A stretch of 64,000 nucleotides of DNA from Amphiscolops sp. MND2022 (lineage: Eukaryota). This document shows positions 38,401 to 50,850 of the stretch, piece by piece. Position 1 is the stretch's first letter; every line of letters begins with the position of its first letter. The DNA is taken from contig OZ076409.1 of the NCBI GenBank assembly GCA_964187785.1, forward strand, positions 22,074,001 through 22,138,000, given 5' to 3'. A program made the position numbers and the translations under genes. The notes below the pieces were generated by a model. The model did not search any database and was not told the origin of the DNA. It worked only from the letters and a program-made list of their open reading frames with translations.

Positions 38401-40913
38401 TGCACTTATTAAAAAGGAATTTAGGATGCAACTGTCTGGTTCTACAAGAGCAGTTCCCGAAAACAAGGTAGCCCACCGGTAGTGGGAAAGTCACAAAATG
38501 ACACACCGTATCCGATTGTTTTGCTTCATATCGTCCAAAAAACTGACAGATCTATACAAGCTCGAACTAAACAGTTCCATTTTTATTTGTATACGTGTTG
38601 ATGATCTATGTACTTTAGATTAGATTACCATTGATCATTTGATATCCATTTGATGTAGCTGCTTAGTAGGTACAAAATGGATCATTCCAAACCAGCCTAT
38701 CAGAAACCAAATGAAATTAGAACAAATTGAATTTTGTCTGAGTGGTGTGACAGACACTAGTGAAAAAGTCTTAGAAAGAATTAAAATCTCTAGAACCAAC
38801 TTAGAATAGAATCAGAGATAATTTGAATTAATTTTCCAAAAGAAAACAAGCCGGGAATTGCCCAAGTCGGAGCCCTGCTCAAGGTTCAAAAGAGTAAAAT
38901 TTCTTACTTATTCGAGTGACACTTTTGTCACTTATCAAAATTACAGAGTCGAAACATTCCAGACCGGATACGCATAAGACACGAACACCGCCTTTCCCAA
39001 GCTTGGAACATGAAACTAAATATATATTTCTTGAAACGATTCTCGTGTCTCGTGATTTTTTTCGATCTTTTTCTCGGGCAAATGTCTCTCAGCGCCGAAA
39101 AAGAAAATTCACGCTCGACAAACAATTTTTTTCAGGCCAAAAACATTTTCAACGTGAAGGGGTTGACAAGTGAGACTTGTATTGAAAAAACGTTGCACAG
39201 TGCAAAAAAACCGTCTCCAAAATCATTGTGAAAAATTATGAGTTCCACAGAATCAAAACAAAGCTCCCAAATATCTCACTGTGACAAAAAACCGCAAAAA
39301 GCGGACCCTTCAGGCTTTTTAATCATCAAATTGGGAGCAAAAAATCAAACCAACCAAAGAGGTGCCTTTTTAGCGACATAAAAAAAACTTCGGGAAAAAA
39401 GTCTCAGGATTCCAAAAAAACAGTAAACCAAACCTTCCATGTTGCCTAGTAACGGAAAAGCCTTCAAGAACTATGGTACCCAAAGGTGGCACTCTTTAGA
39501 AGTACCAGAGATTGCCTGCTAGTAAGGTAGGAAGTCCTAGAGAAATTCTATGAAAAGGGGGTCTTTCAGTGTGAGGTATATGGTCTGGAGAAAAAGGTCC
39601 CTTCAAAAAAGCACCGACTAAAAATGAGTTTTCAAGCTTTGCATATCACAGTAGTTTTCTACCACGTACCACGCATACGGAAAGGAGAATCTCAAAAAAT
39701 GTAAGATAGCACAGTTAGTTCGCTTTCACCAAATTTTTTACCTAATGAAGCCACGGATTGAGTGCTGCTTTTTGATGTTCATTTTGAAAGATTTTCCAAA
39801 AACAAAGGAATTGAAAATTAGAGAACGAAAAGAGGTTTTAGTTACAAGATTTTTACCGGGATTTTTATTCAGCACTTTTTGTCAAACAAAAATTACCGGG
39901 CTCTTATAGTACTTTTTTTCACAGAATTGAAAGGTCCACTCTTTACAGAATTGAATTTTTCGAGGTCTTCAACTTACTTCAATCTCGTCTTCAATCTCGA
40001 TTGCTTCCAAAGGGTAACAGCATGCTTTTTGAAGCTTTTGTTGTTACTGTACAACTCTTTGTTTGTTTTTACTGTTGTTTGCGGCATTTTGAACTAGTTT
40101 TGAACTTTTTTGTTGTCGCCAAAAGATCCCCTCTTTGAATATTTGGATCTTGTGCAACCAAGTGGGTGATAAAAAGACCAAAAGGTAATATGAATTTTTT
40201 CTATTATTTTGGATACAACGGAGTTGCCCTCCAGCAATTTTTTAGCGAAAACAAAACGATTTGCGAGAAAGAAGTCTCCTTAGATTTTTTGTTACTATGC
40301 GACTTATTGAAAACATTTTTTGAAAAAAACTTCTGAACTGAAAACACTTTGTCACTCAATTGTCGGTTTTTTCGACGTTTTCTGAAGAAAAACTGTTTTC
40401 CAAGTCTTAAGGGTGACATCTACGGAGATTTTGTGGACCGGGGGGATTGATGAGAGATTTCTCAATCCTATTTTGGTACTGAAAGACTTTGTTTGGAAAA
40501 ATATTGAATCACTCATGGTGTCACACCCCGCTCCCGGTCTGGTATGTGGCTGTCAACGGCTGAGGATAGGAAGAGGACAAGGGTGTAACCTCAGATTTCC
40601 AAGGTCGTATTACACTTCAAAGCCACAAAACGAAGGAGAAGTTATCGCAAAGAACCCGACACTGCCTATCCGGTGTTGAATAAAAGTACATTCCGAGGAT
40701 ACCTCGGGATATACTGAAAGGTAACCTGAAACCCATTTCAAAACTAAACCTACCCGAGAAACCCAATCGGGGTCGAAAAATGAGGCAGTGGAAACAAACG
40801 AGCAAAACAAAAACAATTTTCAAAACGCCAACACTGTCTGAAAGCGGAATGGGTACAATCCAATAGTCGCCAAGCCCGAAGATCGATTGAACTTACACAA
40901 CGGCGAAGAGTTA
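35480..40913. repeat. ~2.7 kb tandem repeat (units 35480-38216 and 38217-40862, plus partial copies including ~16450-16722)
   Basis: Long high-identity matches between units; the second unit lacks ~90 bp; identical ORF translations at 37964 and 40610. Confidence 0.95.
36109..36881 (-). mobile_element. Helentron-like non-autonomous element within the tandem unit (second copy ~38846..39619; related relics ~43006-43198 and ~43400-43970)
   Basis: ACAAGCCGGG...CCCAAGTCGGCGCC start shared with the 15391 element; GCACCGACT inverted motif followed by an A-run. The right boundary is uncertain. Confidence 0.5.
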
Positions 40914-43005
40914 ACATTCGCCACCTGAAAACTAAATTAAAACACGTTTTAAAACAAAGAGTGCATAAGCCAATCTAGATGGAAACATATCCAAAATCAT
41001 CTCCAAAAGGAACATCAATCAGATCTAAAATAGAAAATACACCGGAATGGCACGCCGGAGAAACTGAGCCTTTTCTAAGAAAGGCAGCTTAATTACTCTT
41101 TGAACAACAATTAGTGTGGTTTAGGACGTCAATATTGCGCTGAGCAAACAAAGCGGCGGAAGAAATAAGATTACATGTATATTTGTCGTCGGTAAGACGC
41201 AGACAAGTTTGAAGGTATACCAAATGACGTCACTGCCTCGCCTATGCGTACCAGAAAATCATTCCGATTATCCGCCTATACTAATAACGATACCAGAAAA
41301 TCATTCCAATTTACCGCCAGGATGACGTCACTATATCGGTAACTAGCTAAATACCTGTCCCAAGATATGCGTCAGCGATGCGGCAAACTTGACAAAGCTT
41401 TAGATTTGCCAAGAAAATGCGTCACAGTGACGACGACAAGTTTATGAAATTAGACGAAATGACTAAATCTACCAAAATAACTGAGGAAATCTTCGTACTT
41501 AATGCGCAATTTCACAGAGGAAAAATGACTACGATCTCCCTTAACTTGCAAACGAATGTTCCGTTAGTATTTCGTGGTTCAAAGTCCTTACTTAAGATGT
41601 ATTCGGTACAAGCAAAGTAGTAAGATTCAAATTCGCGTTAACTAGTCGTCATGCATTTTTAATAATAAGCGAAAATCGTCGCATACGTTATAAACGTATA
41701 GATGGAAAGTCACAGTTAATATCCATAACTGAAGTGTATTTCATTCGGAAAATGTATTTTTACATATTTACATTCTTGTGTTTGATATTTCCAGACAATG
41801 TTTCATAATCGTGTTTGTGATCAATTTCTTGTGTCGGTTCATCGTTGCTGTTTATTAAGTTTGCTGTATTACTGTTGCTGTCAAATAAGTGCTGATGTAC
41901 ACGTAACAATTTATTAAAATGGTCAGCTTGTCGCAATTGTTGCGTCAATCTAGAGTTATTACGTGTGTACTAATATGTTTTTGTTGGTAATCATAAACGT
42001 TAAATTTGCCTTAATCTAGTATTTCACTCCTTAATCTCTTCAAAATATCTTCCTAGCATCGCTCAAATAATCGTAACTTGGAAATTAGTCATCGCGTTTG
42101 ATCAAGTTGAATTTCAAAATCAGGTATTAGTTGTTCACGTCAGCGTCATCTCAGCGTCAATTTCCCGCGAACCAAAGCAGTAAAACAGGGAATCATTTCC
42201 GGTTTGACAGACTGAAGTAATATCTACTTCCTGCTTGGGATTAAGCAAAAGGACGCCGGGATGAAATAATATGCTCGTGATAGATGACTAATAAGGAAAA
42301 CTATTGCCGTGTCTCAAAACTTGACGAAATGTCGACGCAAAGTTGGGATCTTGATGATTTTTTCACTGAAAAAACAGGAAATGACTAATTGTTTGAATGA
42401 ATTTAGGAATATGTACGTGATCAAATGATGCTAGGAGGGTATATATATATGATGTGTAACTTTGTTCAAGGGACTCAGTCCTTTTCAAGCGCTATGATTC
42501 AGTTGTTTCAACTTGTTTCGCTTAAACTTAATCTCAATCTCAACTCTGTCAAAATTCAGAAAAGACAAAATTGAATTCTTTGAGAAACAAACTTTCTTCA
42601 TCAAAATGTCAACAACAAGGAGTCAAAAGAGAAGAAACAATCAACAGGAGAGCACCGAAAGTGTTAGTGAAGGTTTCGTATCCCCAATAATAGTAAATAA
42701 TTCATGTCCTCTTGAGCAAGACGTAAGTGTTGCGGGTCCTTCGAGACCAAAATCCCCTAGGATTGAGCACAGCCTTTTGGAAAGTTTTAGAGCTTCATTG
42801 AAGGAAGAAATCACATCAGAAATCAAGAATTTGCTCATAGAATCCCAGAAGGAGATGTTAAAATTTTTAAAACCTGAAACTAGGGAGAACGTACGAGAAA
42901 ATACAGAAGAAGAAGCAGAAAACGAAACGAGGAACTTTTATACTCCTACTAAAGTTGTTAGGATAAACTCTACCCAAAATAACGACACGAACGTAAGTCG
43001 TAACA
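40914..43005 (+). mobile_element. Probable Gypsy solo-LTR remnant ending CGTAACA, with gag-like ORF start
   Basis: MSTTRSQKRR...coiled-coil frame from 42607 runs to GTAACA at 43005, where an unrelated repeat begins; TATA run ~42440; TGACGTCA at 41225 and 41323. 5' end not seen. Confidence 0.5.
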
Positions 43006-43989
43006 CATGGTATAGGTTTTTCAGATGTCTTCAGTTCAAAATTTTTGAGTCTCAAGTGTACGTACCCCTTCGGGTATTTTTGGCACTGTATGATTAGTCT
43101 GAAAAGTTTCAATAGTTGACCCCTGAATGTTTCAGATACTTTGCTCTTCATATAACTTGAGCGGGGCGCCGGCTTTTGCAGCTCCTGACTTGTTTCTTGA
43201 GACCAATGGCAAAATTAGGAATTGAAATGTTATATAATTTACGCAAAAATATGAAATATCTTTATAAATCCTGATTTTCAAATTTTAGATACATTTGCTT
43301 CTGAGACATTTGTGTGAAGTTAATATCCAAAAAAATCTTCCGCTTCCGAACTTTAAGTGTTCAATATATTTCAGTTAACATCGGATTGCCCGTACTATAG
43401 TGCCTGTTTTTTTGGGGAGGGGGGTTGGATCTGCAAAAAATCAAACGAACCAAAGAGGCGAGCTTTTAGCGATATAAAAAAAAGTCCGGGGAAAAAGTCT
43501 CAAAGTTCCAAAAACAACAGTAAACCAAACCATCCGTGTTTTCTAGTAATGGAAATGTCTTCAAAAACGATGGTATAAAAAGGTGGTACTTTTTAGGAAG
43601 ACCAGAGATTGCATGCTAGTAAGTTAGGAAATCCTAGAGAAATTCCTTAAAAAAGAGATCTTTCAGTGTCAGGTATGTCGTCTGGAAAAAAGGTCCCTTC
43701 AAAAAAACCACCAACTAAAAAAACTTTCAAGCTTTGCATATCAAAGTAGTTGTTTACCATGTACCACGCATGCGGAATTGAGAATCTCGAGAAGAGGTAA
43801 GATTGCACAATTAGTTCGCCTTTACCATTTTTTTAACACAATTAGGCCAGGTTTTACGTACTGCTTTTGGACGTTCACTTTGAAAGAGTTTCCAAATAAA
43901 TGAAGGAATTAAAAATTAGGGAACAAAAAAGTCTTTGGTTACAAGATCTGTACCGGGATTTTTAGTCGGGAAGTTCTACGTCGATTCCG

Positions 43990-45500
43990 GTATGATTCGA
44001 TAAGATGTTTAATTTTGTACCGGTCTTTTTGCATGTTATAACTTCAGTGTCTGAATTGATAAAGACTGACTAGATCTAGAGTTCCCGATGCAGCGGAAAG
44101 TCGGCATTTTGTTGTAAGTCATTCTTTGTGAAAATATCCAGTAATTGCTGCTCTTTCGAATCTTTTGTCGAGTAGTCATTCCAATCAACTTGTTTCAGTT
44201 TGAAAGATCCATTCAAATTGGTAGAGCGGTAGCACTTGCTATCCTCGATGACCTCTTTGATTGTACATATCAATTTGTCAGTCGATATGTGATGTGGGTT
44301 TGGTTATCCATCAATTCCAGGTGGATTGTAGAAACATACTAAAAGATAATTGTAGAAAGTTGCCGAGCAGCGACAGTAGCTCCGAGTATTTCCCTGGCAA
44401 GATTGATTCTTCTGCTGTCGAATTCAGATCGCATCGCTGTCAAGACTCCTCCATGTTTTGAGACATTTAGTTTAGCCAGACAATCCGACCTGTGGAATTT
44501 ATATTCCGGAAGAAACAATTCACAATCTAAAATTGAAGTATGTAACCATGTTTCTGTGAGCATGAAAAAATTTTCGATAGCTACGAAATTTGCAAAATTA
44601 TTATTTCTTCCACAATTTGTCAGGCTTCTTATGTTGAAGGCAAAATTTGTCGCATACTGTTCATGAGTTGTACTGGATTTTGGTAGTCATTGGGTGATAT
44701 CGATTTCCCTTCCGTCGTAGAATAATTCAAGGCTGCAGATCTTGAATTTTCCTTTACTGTAGCCCTGTTGAATAAGCGAATATCTTTAATTCAGGCAAAG
44801 TTTCTCTTGTTCTGGTTCATCTTTGTTTAAGGAGCGGTTCAAGAATATGTTGCTTCCATTTTGTTCATTGTAGCCTTTCAGTCTGAAAGTCCCAGCCAGT
44901 AGCTTTTTCACAGTCCAATAGTTGTTAAAAGTTATCAAACCTGGTCTAAGTCTCAATGCAGTTTTATTGAAATTTCCCGAGCGTCTAATGTTGGTGATGC
45001 CGTTTTCGTCTTCGCAAAGAAAAGTCAAAACTTTTTTAGATTCGCGAAGTGCATTACATCTGCGAATTTCGTATCGAACTCTAAGCTATACTCTGGAAAT
45101 CCAGAATTTTTAATCTCTAGATTAGTATCGGTAGTTCCATGTTTTTTTTCTACATGTTTGATGTGAGTTTTAGAATCAGCAGGGTTAGGTAAGTCGGACT
45201 GGTACTAGGCTTCGAGTTTTTTCAGTGACGATTTAACCTCCGTCAAGCTTCTGCTGACTTTCTCTCTGAATTCCGTGTCTTTGTAAGGCTTCATCTTCAC
45301 TATCTTTTTGACAGATTTAGTGTATTCGTTGCAGAACCAGAAAACTCCTTCCGTGGTCATGTATGTCAGCGCTTCAGGGGGGTTTTGGTATTTTGGGTAG
45401 GCCCAGTAGCCACACTTGTCACAGTTGATAGATACAACAGCTTCAGCAACTGTCTGAGAACAATGAGGACGCGTAAAATCGCCAGAGCTGCCAACCCATA
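43990..45500 (-). pseudogene. CR1/L2-like LINE relic: ORF1 (PHD-like, RPxLI motif) and APE endonuclease
   Basis: LTETWL...LFLPEYKFHRSD...HGGVL; RPGLITF...IFLNRSL; CPHC...CDKC at ~45410-45465. Confidence 0.75.
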
Positions 45501-46849
45501 ACTCGTCGGACTCACAACCTAAATGAAACTATTTCATACGCGAGTGCCATATAAGTTTCCGAGGTTTTGTATCGTCTGCTTTCTCGTTTTAATGACCGGA
45601 TGCCGTTCCTGCTGTCAACTCTCCTCCTTTATCAGTGCTTGGGACCGGCACTGCTAGTCGTGGTCTGTGTATGAACTACCTAGCAGAGGCGGAGTTTTTC
45701 TACAAACTTACTATAATCCATCATTGTGTCAAGAATTTCGGGATAGGAAATAGGTCATAGGAGTGTTGACCTCGAGCGACTATTTTCTTTTGACAGACTG
45801 AAAGAAAGTTTTCTTCAGTGCAGCATGTCTGCCGAATACCACAATAGAAACGTATTTTTTAAAGAAAAACATGGCTTTTCTGAAATTATGAATGGCGTTA
45901 TGTTGTTTTGATATTACGCAATCTTCTACAATCGTATCTGTTTGAAATTAAATTCAATCTTTCACTGTTGTTTTTGATAATCTCACCCTATTTTCACCAC
46001 CATTTGGAGTTCTGTGGAGTAATCTCTCTGGGTAGGTGCCCGCAACGGTGGCAATTGCGGAGGGGTTAGGCCCCGTTGCAAATCCGTAGGAATAATCAAT
46101 TCCAGTTCCTGTACTCTGAATTGACTCAATTCCAATTCTTAATTCCCACTGAAATGCCGGTTTTCTATTCCATCAAAACGTCAATTAGTTGACAGCCCGT
46201 TGTGAGTTGGTTCATTGTACCACGTTGATTCAATTGTTTTCTATTTTCTATTTAGCGTTTTCTATTTAGAGTTCAAGGTTGATATGAAGGTTGTTGAAAG
46301 ATGTCATTAGCAGGTCTACTTCACTTGTTTCAGTCGTCAATGTGTCCACAAAAAATTACATTTTTCCACAGGGGGACAACGATGGCGTCGTTCCAATGTG
46401 CCGAAGCACCATTATTCCGAACTTTTTGACTAGAATCAAAATTCCGAAAATAAGTAATGAGTTCTAAAACTCCAAAAAACAAACAAAAAAATTAAAACAA
46501 ATGCCGGAGACTTTCTCAGCCGGTACCAAGTATTTTCCAGGTTCTGCGAAAGTTAATAGATAGGCTAATATCAAATATGACCCTTCTAGGCAGGAATACG
46601 TGATGGTAATTACTTTTTTGGGTATTTTCGCTTGCTTTTCTCTCCGGAAATTCGGACCGGAACTCTTGAACATCATTGTTTCTCTTCAAACTACTGTAAT
46701 AACAATAGACTTCCAAATAGTTGATTCCAAAGTAAGAAAAAATTTCATTTTTATTATGGGTTTACAAATCCCGATAAACAAAAAACACCAAATGCAGTGT
46801 ATCTTCGTTGTTTCCAAAATTGTGGAGTTACCATGACTGTAAATGCACA

Positions 46850-48140
46850 AATGACCGAAATTGAAACTCTACCTAAAATTCATGAACATGAGGACGGAAA
46901 AGAAGAAATATAAACAGACGTTTCGGCAAAAACTGAAAGAAAAAATTCAAAAGGAGCCCACTCAATTGTTGAAACTAAGTTACAAAATTGCGATTGAGCA
47001 ATTGTCAACTATATTCCCCTCACATTTTCAAAAAGATGATCGCTGTATAGGGCTCAACAGAAGAACGTTCCACCCATTCCCAGGTCTTTTGAAGTTATAA
47101 ATCTGCGTGGGAGATGACGTAAAACTTTCCGGCGAGCGTTTTCTGCTGAAAAACTACCGCGAAATTGGTATTTTAATTTTTGCAACCGAAAAAGCCGAAA
47201 TCCTCTCTATCTCTACATGCGAAACAATTTTAGGCAGGGGATTCTGGAATGAAACTTCCGTAATTTTGTAACTTTGGTGATTGATTTTTTTCCGTTTTTC
47301 GAAATCCCTGATACTAGGAGATAGTACTTTCAAATCCTGCCCCTACCGTACGAGAAGCTCTATGTGATATTCGGAGCGAAGGATAGAAAAGTACCACTTG
47401 TTTTTGGACTTTTCAGTGGAAAATTGACAGCAATTTACCGGATTTTTGTTCGGAAAAATTTTCTCCGAGATGCATCAGATGAATTTGGACATACAAATCG
47501 AGGCAATCGTCACTAAAGTATGAATGTGGGATGATGAGTGCCATCGAAACGGATTTCCCAAGATTCAATCATCATGGCTGTTATTTTCACTAGTCGAAGG
47601 CACTGTATGCAAAAGTTCAAAATTTGGGTCTTTCTACTCCGTACCGCAGAGATACCCAAGTCAAAAACTTAAGTTCCAAGTTCATGGCGTTATCATTCGT
47701 ACCCGAATATCAAGTCCTGACTTACAAAACCGATTTTTCATAGGAACCTGGTTGCGCAGAGGCGGTCAGATTGTACCGCACATTGGGTTCATTTTTGACA
47801 TTTCCACCGCATGTGGATACTGACGTTTCCGACAAAAATGTGGAATGTGTTCGAACGTAACCCTCGATAGCGGACCACTAACTACTGTGAAGGCTGGAGT
47901 AATGCCTGAAACCAATCTTTGAGAAGAGCATCCCAAACATCTGGCTTTCGATGAGGTTTTTAAAATTCAGAAAGTTTCGACTACAAACCAAATTGCTTAT
48001 ATGGAAAGAGGGCGCGTACCACCCCTTCAAAAAAGAAAACGGAGAACGCATAATGAGAGAATTAAAGTTTTGAAAAAGTCCCTTACATTGAGAAATCGAA
48101 GCTTGCAAAACTATTGGAACATTGTGTCATTTATTCCGCA
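46850..48140 (+). pseudogene. Mutator-like (MULE) transposase relic
   Basis: Own translation gives DSTFKSCP..YEKLYVI (~47320), AIETDFP...HGCYFH*SKALYAKVQNLG (~47540-47630), WNVF...RTTNYCEGW...PNIW (~47840-47945). Confidence 0.8.
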
Positions 48141-48205
48141 GCATTGAATATTTCAGTTTTGTTTTAATTTCTTCAAATTTCGGCAAACTATCAGGTGGTT
48201 GCACC

Positions 48206-48690
48206 GGGAACAGGACGTTTCTTCAAAAACGTTTCGGCAAAAAAACTCGAGACGTTTCGGCAAATTTTTCATGCCGAAACGTTCCGTTTTATCTTGGTTT
48301 TGTTTCGGTTTTTCTACAAACTGGTAGAATTTTGGAACTTTGTATGAAAACGATAAAACCATTCATGTAGGAATGATGCAAAGCATAAAACGTGCCTCGG
48401 ATATGTCTCCATTTCCTCTAGTGTCCCGCTGCCCCTTGGGGCAGCCTATATTTCCATCTTGCTAAGCGAGGTCGAACAGGAGCAAAGACCTAGCTGGAAC
48501 GGAGATCGCGAAGCGATCGTACTGGGAGCTGGTCTTTGCGACGGTGATACACAGGACATGCCCCACATATCATACGAAACGTTTCGGCAAATGAGTTTCG
48601 CCTGAGACGTTTCGGCGTGAGACGTCCGCCGCCATGTTTTTGCCGAAACGCATTTTGCCGAAACGTCATTTGCCGAAATGTCCGGAATAT
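48206..48690. mobile_element. MITE with TTTCGGC/GCCGAAA subterminal repeats and 8 bp TSD
   Basis: GTTGCACC at 48198-48205 and 48691-48698; GGACGTTTC / GAAATGTCC inverted ends. Confidence 0.75.
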
Positions 48691-49399
48691 GTTGCACCCT
48701 CCCCGGTGCAGACTCCGGTTAATTCCGGAAAGAATGCTACCGTAGCTGGGTAATCAGTCCCTGGTAGGGGTGGTCACCCCTTTAAATAGCATTCTGATAA
48801 CCGTCTGCATATGTTTTAGTGAACAATACAGTAAGTAATATGATGTTTTTGACAAGACATTGTCGTTATAATAAAAATTTTCTTATAACATTCCTTTTTT
48901 AACCCGATTTTCGCTTAACGTCTTTTGTATAAAGTTTTGTCGTCAAAAACGTTGCTATATTGCCCCGTTGCATTCCTTGATTACTAGTTGAATTTCGAGA
49001 AGAATGAATTATGCAAACGATTCATTTTATTTTCGGAATCAAAGAACTAACTCTTAAATTCGGAATAATGGAACGGTAATTTTCTTTTCGGATTATTGAA
49101 TTGCAATCACAACGACAGCTAATGGAAAATCTTGATTCACAAGAGAGGAGAAATTGTAAACGAGATTGGTGAAGGTATAGAAAAGGTTAACTAGTTCTGA
49201 AAATCATATAAACTCCAATGTTAAATTAAAAAGTTTTGGGCCAGGATATTGCCAACATTAGTAAAATCATCTGAAACAAACCAAAAAAAAACATGAAATG
49301 AGATATAGACAAATGGACATAGAAATTCTGATTGGCGCAATGGATGTGCAAATGAAAGATCAGTTTAACATCCTAATGTGTAGAGAAAGATACGAATCT

Positions 49400-50850
49400 T
49401 GAACAACTACATCTTTACGGTCAACTCGCGCGATTGTTACTCGTCCCGTTGATTGAGGCCTGGCTTTAATCTCGCGATGTATAGTGCCTCAAGCGTAAGT
49501 AGTTTGTTGGTGTCCAATTAGGAGTCTAAAATTTCGGTATTGCCAGACTTAGGGTCCACATTGCAGTCCGAGAAGGGGGCTCCCAAGGGTGAAGTCCGTC
49601 GCTTGTGTTCCGTCAGTCGTGTAGTCAGATGTCTAGCCGTTTGGCCGACATAGCAGGAGTTACACCCTGGACATTGAATACGATATACTACGCAACTGGT
49701 GAGCGATTTCACGACTTTGGATTTCAGGATAGGCAGGCAACTTCTGAGTTTCCTCGTAGTGAAAATTGTTGATGCAATCTGGCTTCTTAGTTGTCTCGCG
49801 AAGTGGTCACTCTCTCTACCTCTGTACTGAAGCATTAGCGTGGGTCGTGTCGTAAGAGGGTCAGATTTTTTTGTGGCATTCTTGTTAAACTGTGTTTCTT
49901 TTTGTACAATCTTAGACACTGTGTTGCTCACGATCTGACTGTAGAACTGAGGTGGATACCTATTTTTCTCGAATATCTCGGTTTTTTCAATACCTGCGGT
50001 TAATTCATCCCATTCAGATGTTGCTTGATTTATTCTATGCACTGTCCCTTCCACTACATTTCGCTTGTATTTCAATCGGGCAAGACTGGTAATCCATCAT
50101 TAGGCCCGTGTCGGTCGGTTTTGTGTACCACCCGGACCTGAGTGTGTTGTCCCTTCTCCTCTGGACTAGCATGTCTAAAAATAGAATGGAGCTTTTTTTC
50201 TTCTTCTATCGTGAACTCCAGATTACTATGGAGCGCACTGGCCATGTCCAAGAGTCGTTTCCCGTCGATGACTTTGACTGTCCTCAGGATGTCGTCGACG
50301 TAGCTGTAAAAGAATTTTGCTTGCTTTGGCGCTTCCTTTGAGCAACCACAGAGCCAAAAATTTTCCTCACTGCTCATCAGTGTTTTTATATCAGTTTTTA
50401 AACAGAGTTCATGGAACCAATAGCCACACCCTTCACAACATATGGCCGTGTGGCTGGTGTTCACGTTCTGCCGGCAATGTCCACAGGGGAAAACGTTCTC
50501 TTTTGGCCGATTGTCTGGATTCATTGGGGTTTCTCTTTTCAGATCATTTTCAAAAGCGTGCAACCAAATGTTGCTCAGAACCACGGATAAAGCCGAACCC
50601 ATGGCAAGACCATCAACCTGTCGGAACCATTTCCCGTCACATACGAAATGCACGTTCTCCATTGCCAACATAAGAAATTTAACAAATACCTTTTTCTCCA
50701 CAGGTGGAGGCTCCGGTTTTTCGTACACTATCTGTACTGCTAGTTGAATTGCTTCCTCCAAGGGTACATTTGTGTAGAGACTCCTCACGTCAAATGAAAC
50801 GAGTCTCTCATCTGCCATTTTTACTTTCCCGCAGTGCGTTAACTAGTTCT
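49400..50850 (-). mobile_element. Penelope-like element 1 (5'-truncated): RT with PHD insert plus GIY-YIG endonuclease
   Basis: VSFDVRSLYTNVP, DGLAMGS, YVDD; VVYRIQCPGCNSCYVGQTARHLTTRLTEH; frameshifted. Confidence 0.92.

Noticed and set aside
37870..38700. Possible host exons or RNA gene within the 2.7 kb repeat
   Set aside because: Only short ORFs with no recognisable domain or RNA motif.
48731..48795. Small inverted repeat AGAATGCTA/TAGCATTCT enclosing a GGGGTG/CACCCC hairpin
   Set aside because: Single short occurrence; cannot distinguish a tiny MITE relic from chance.
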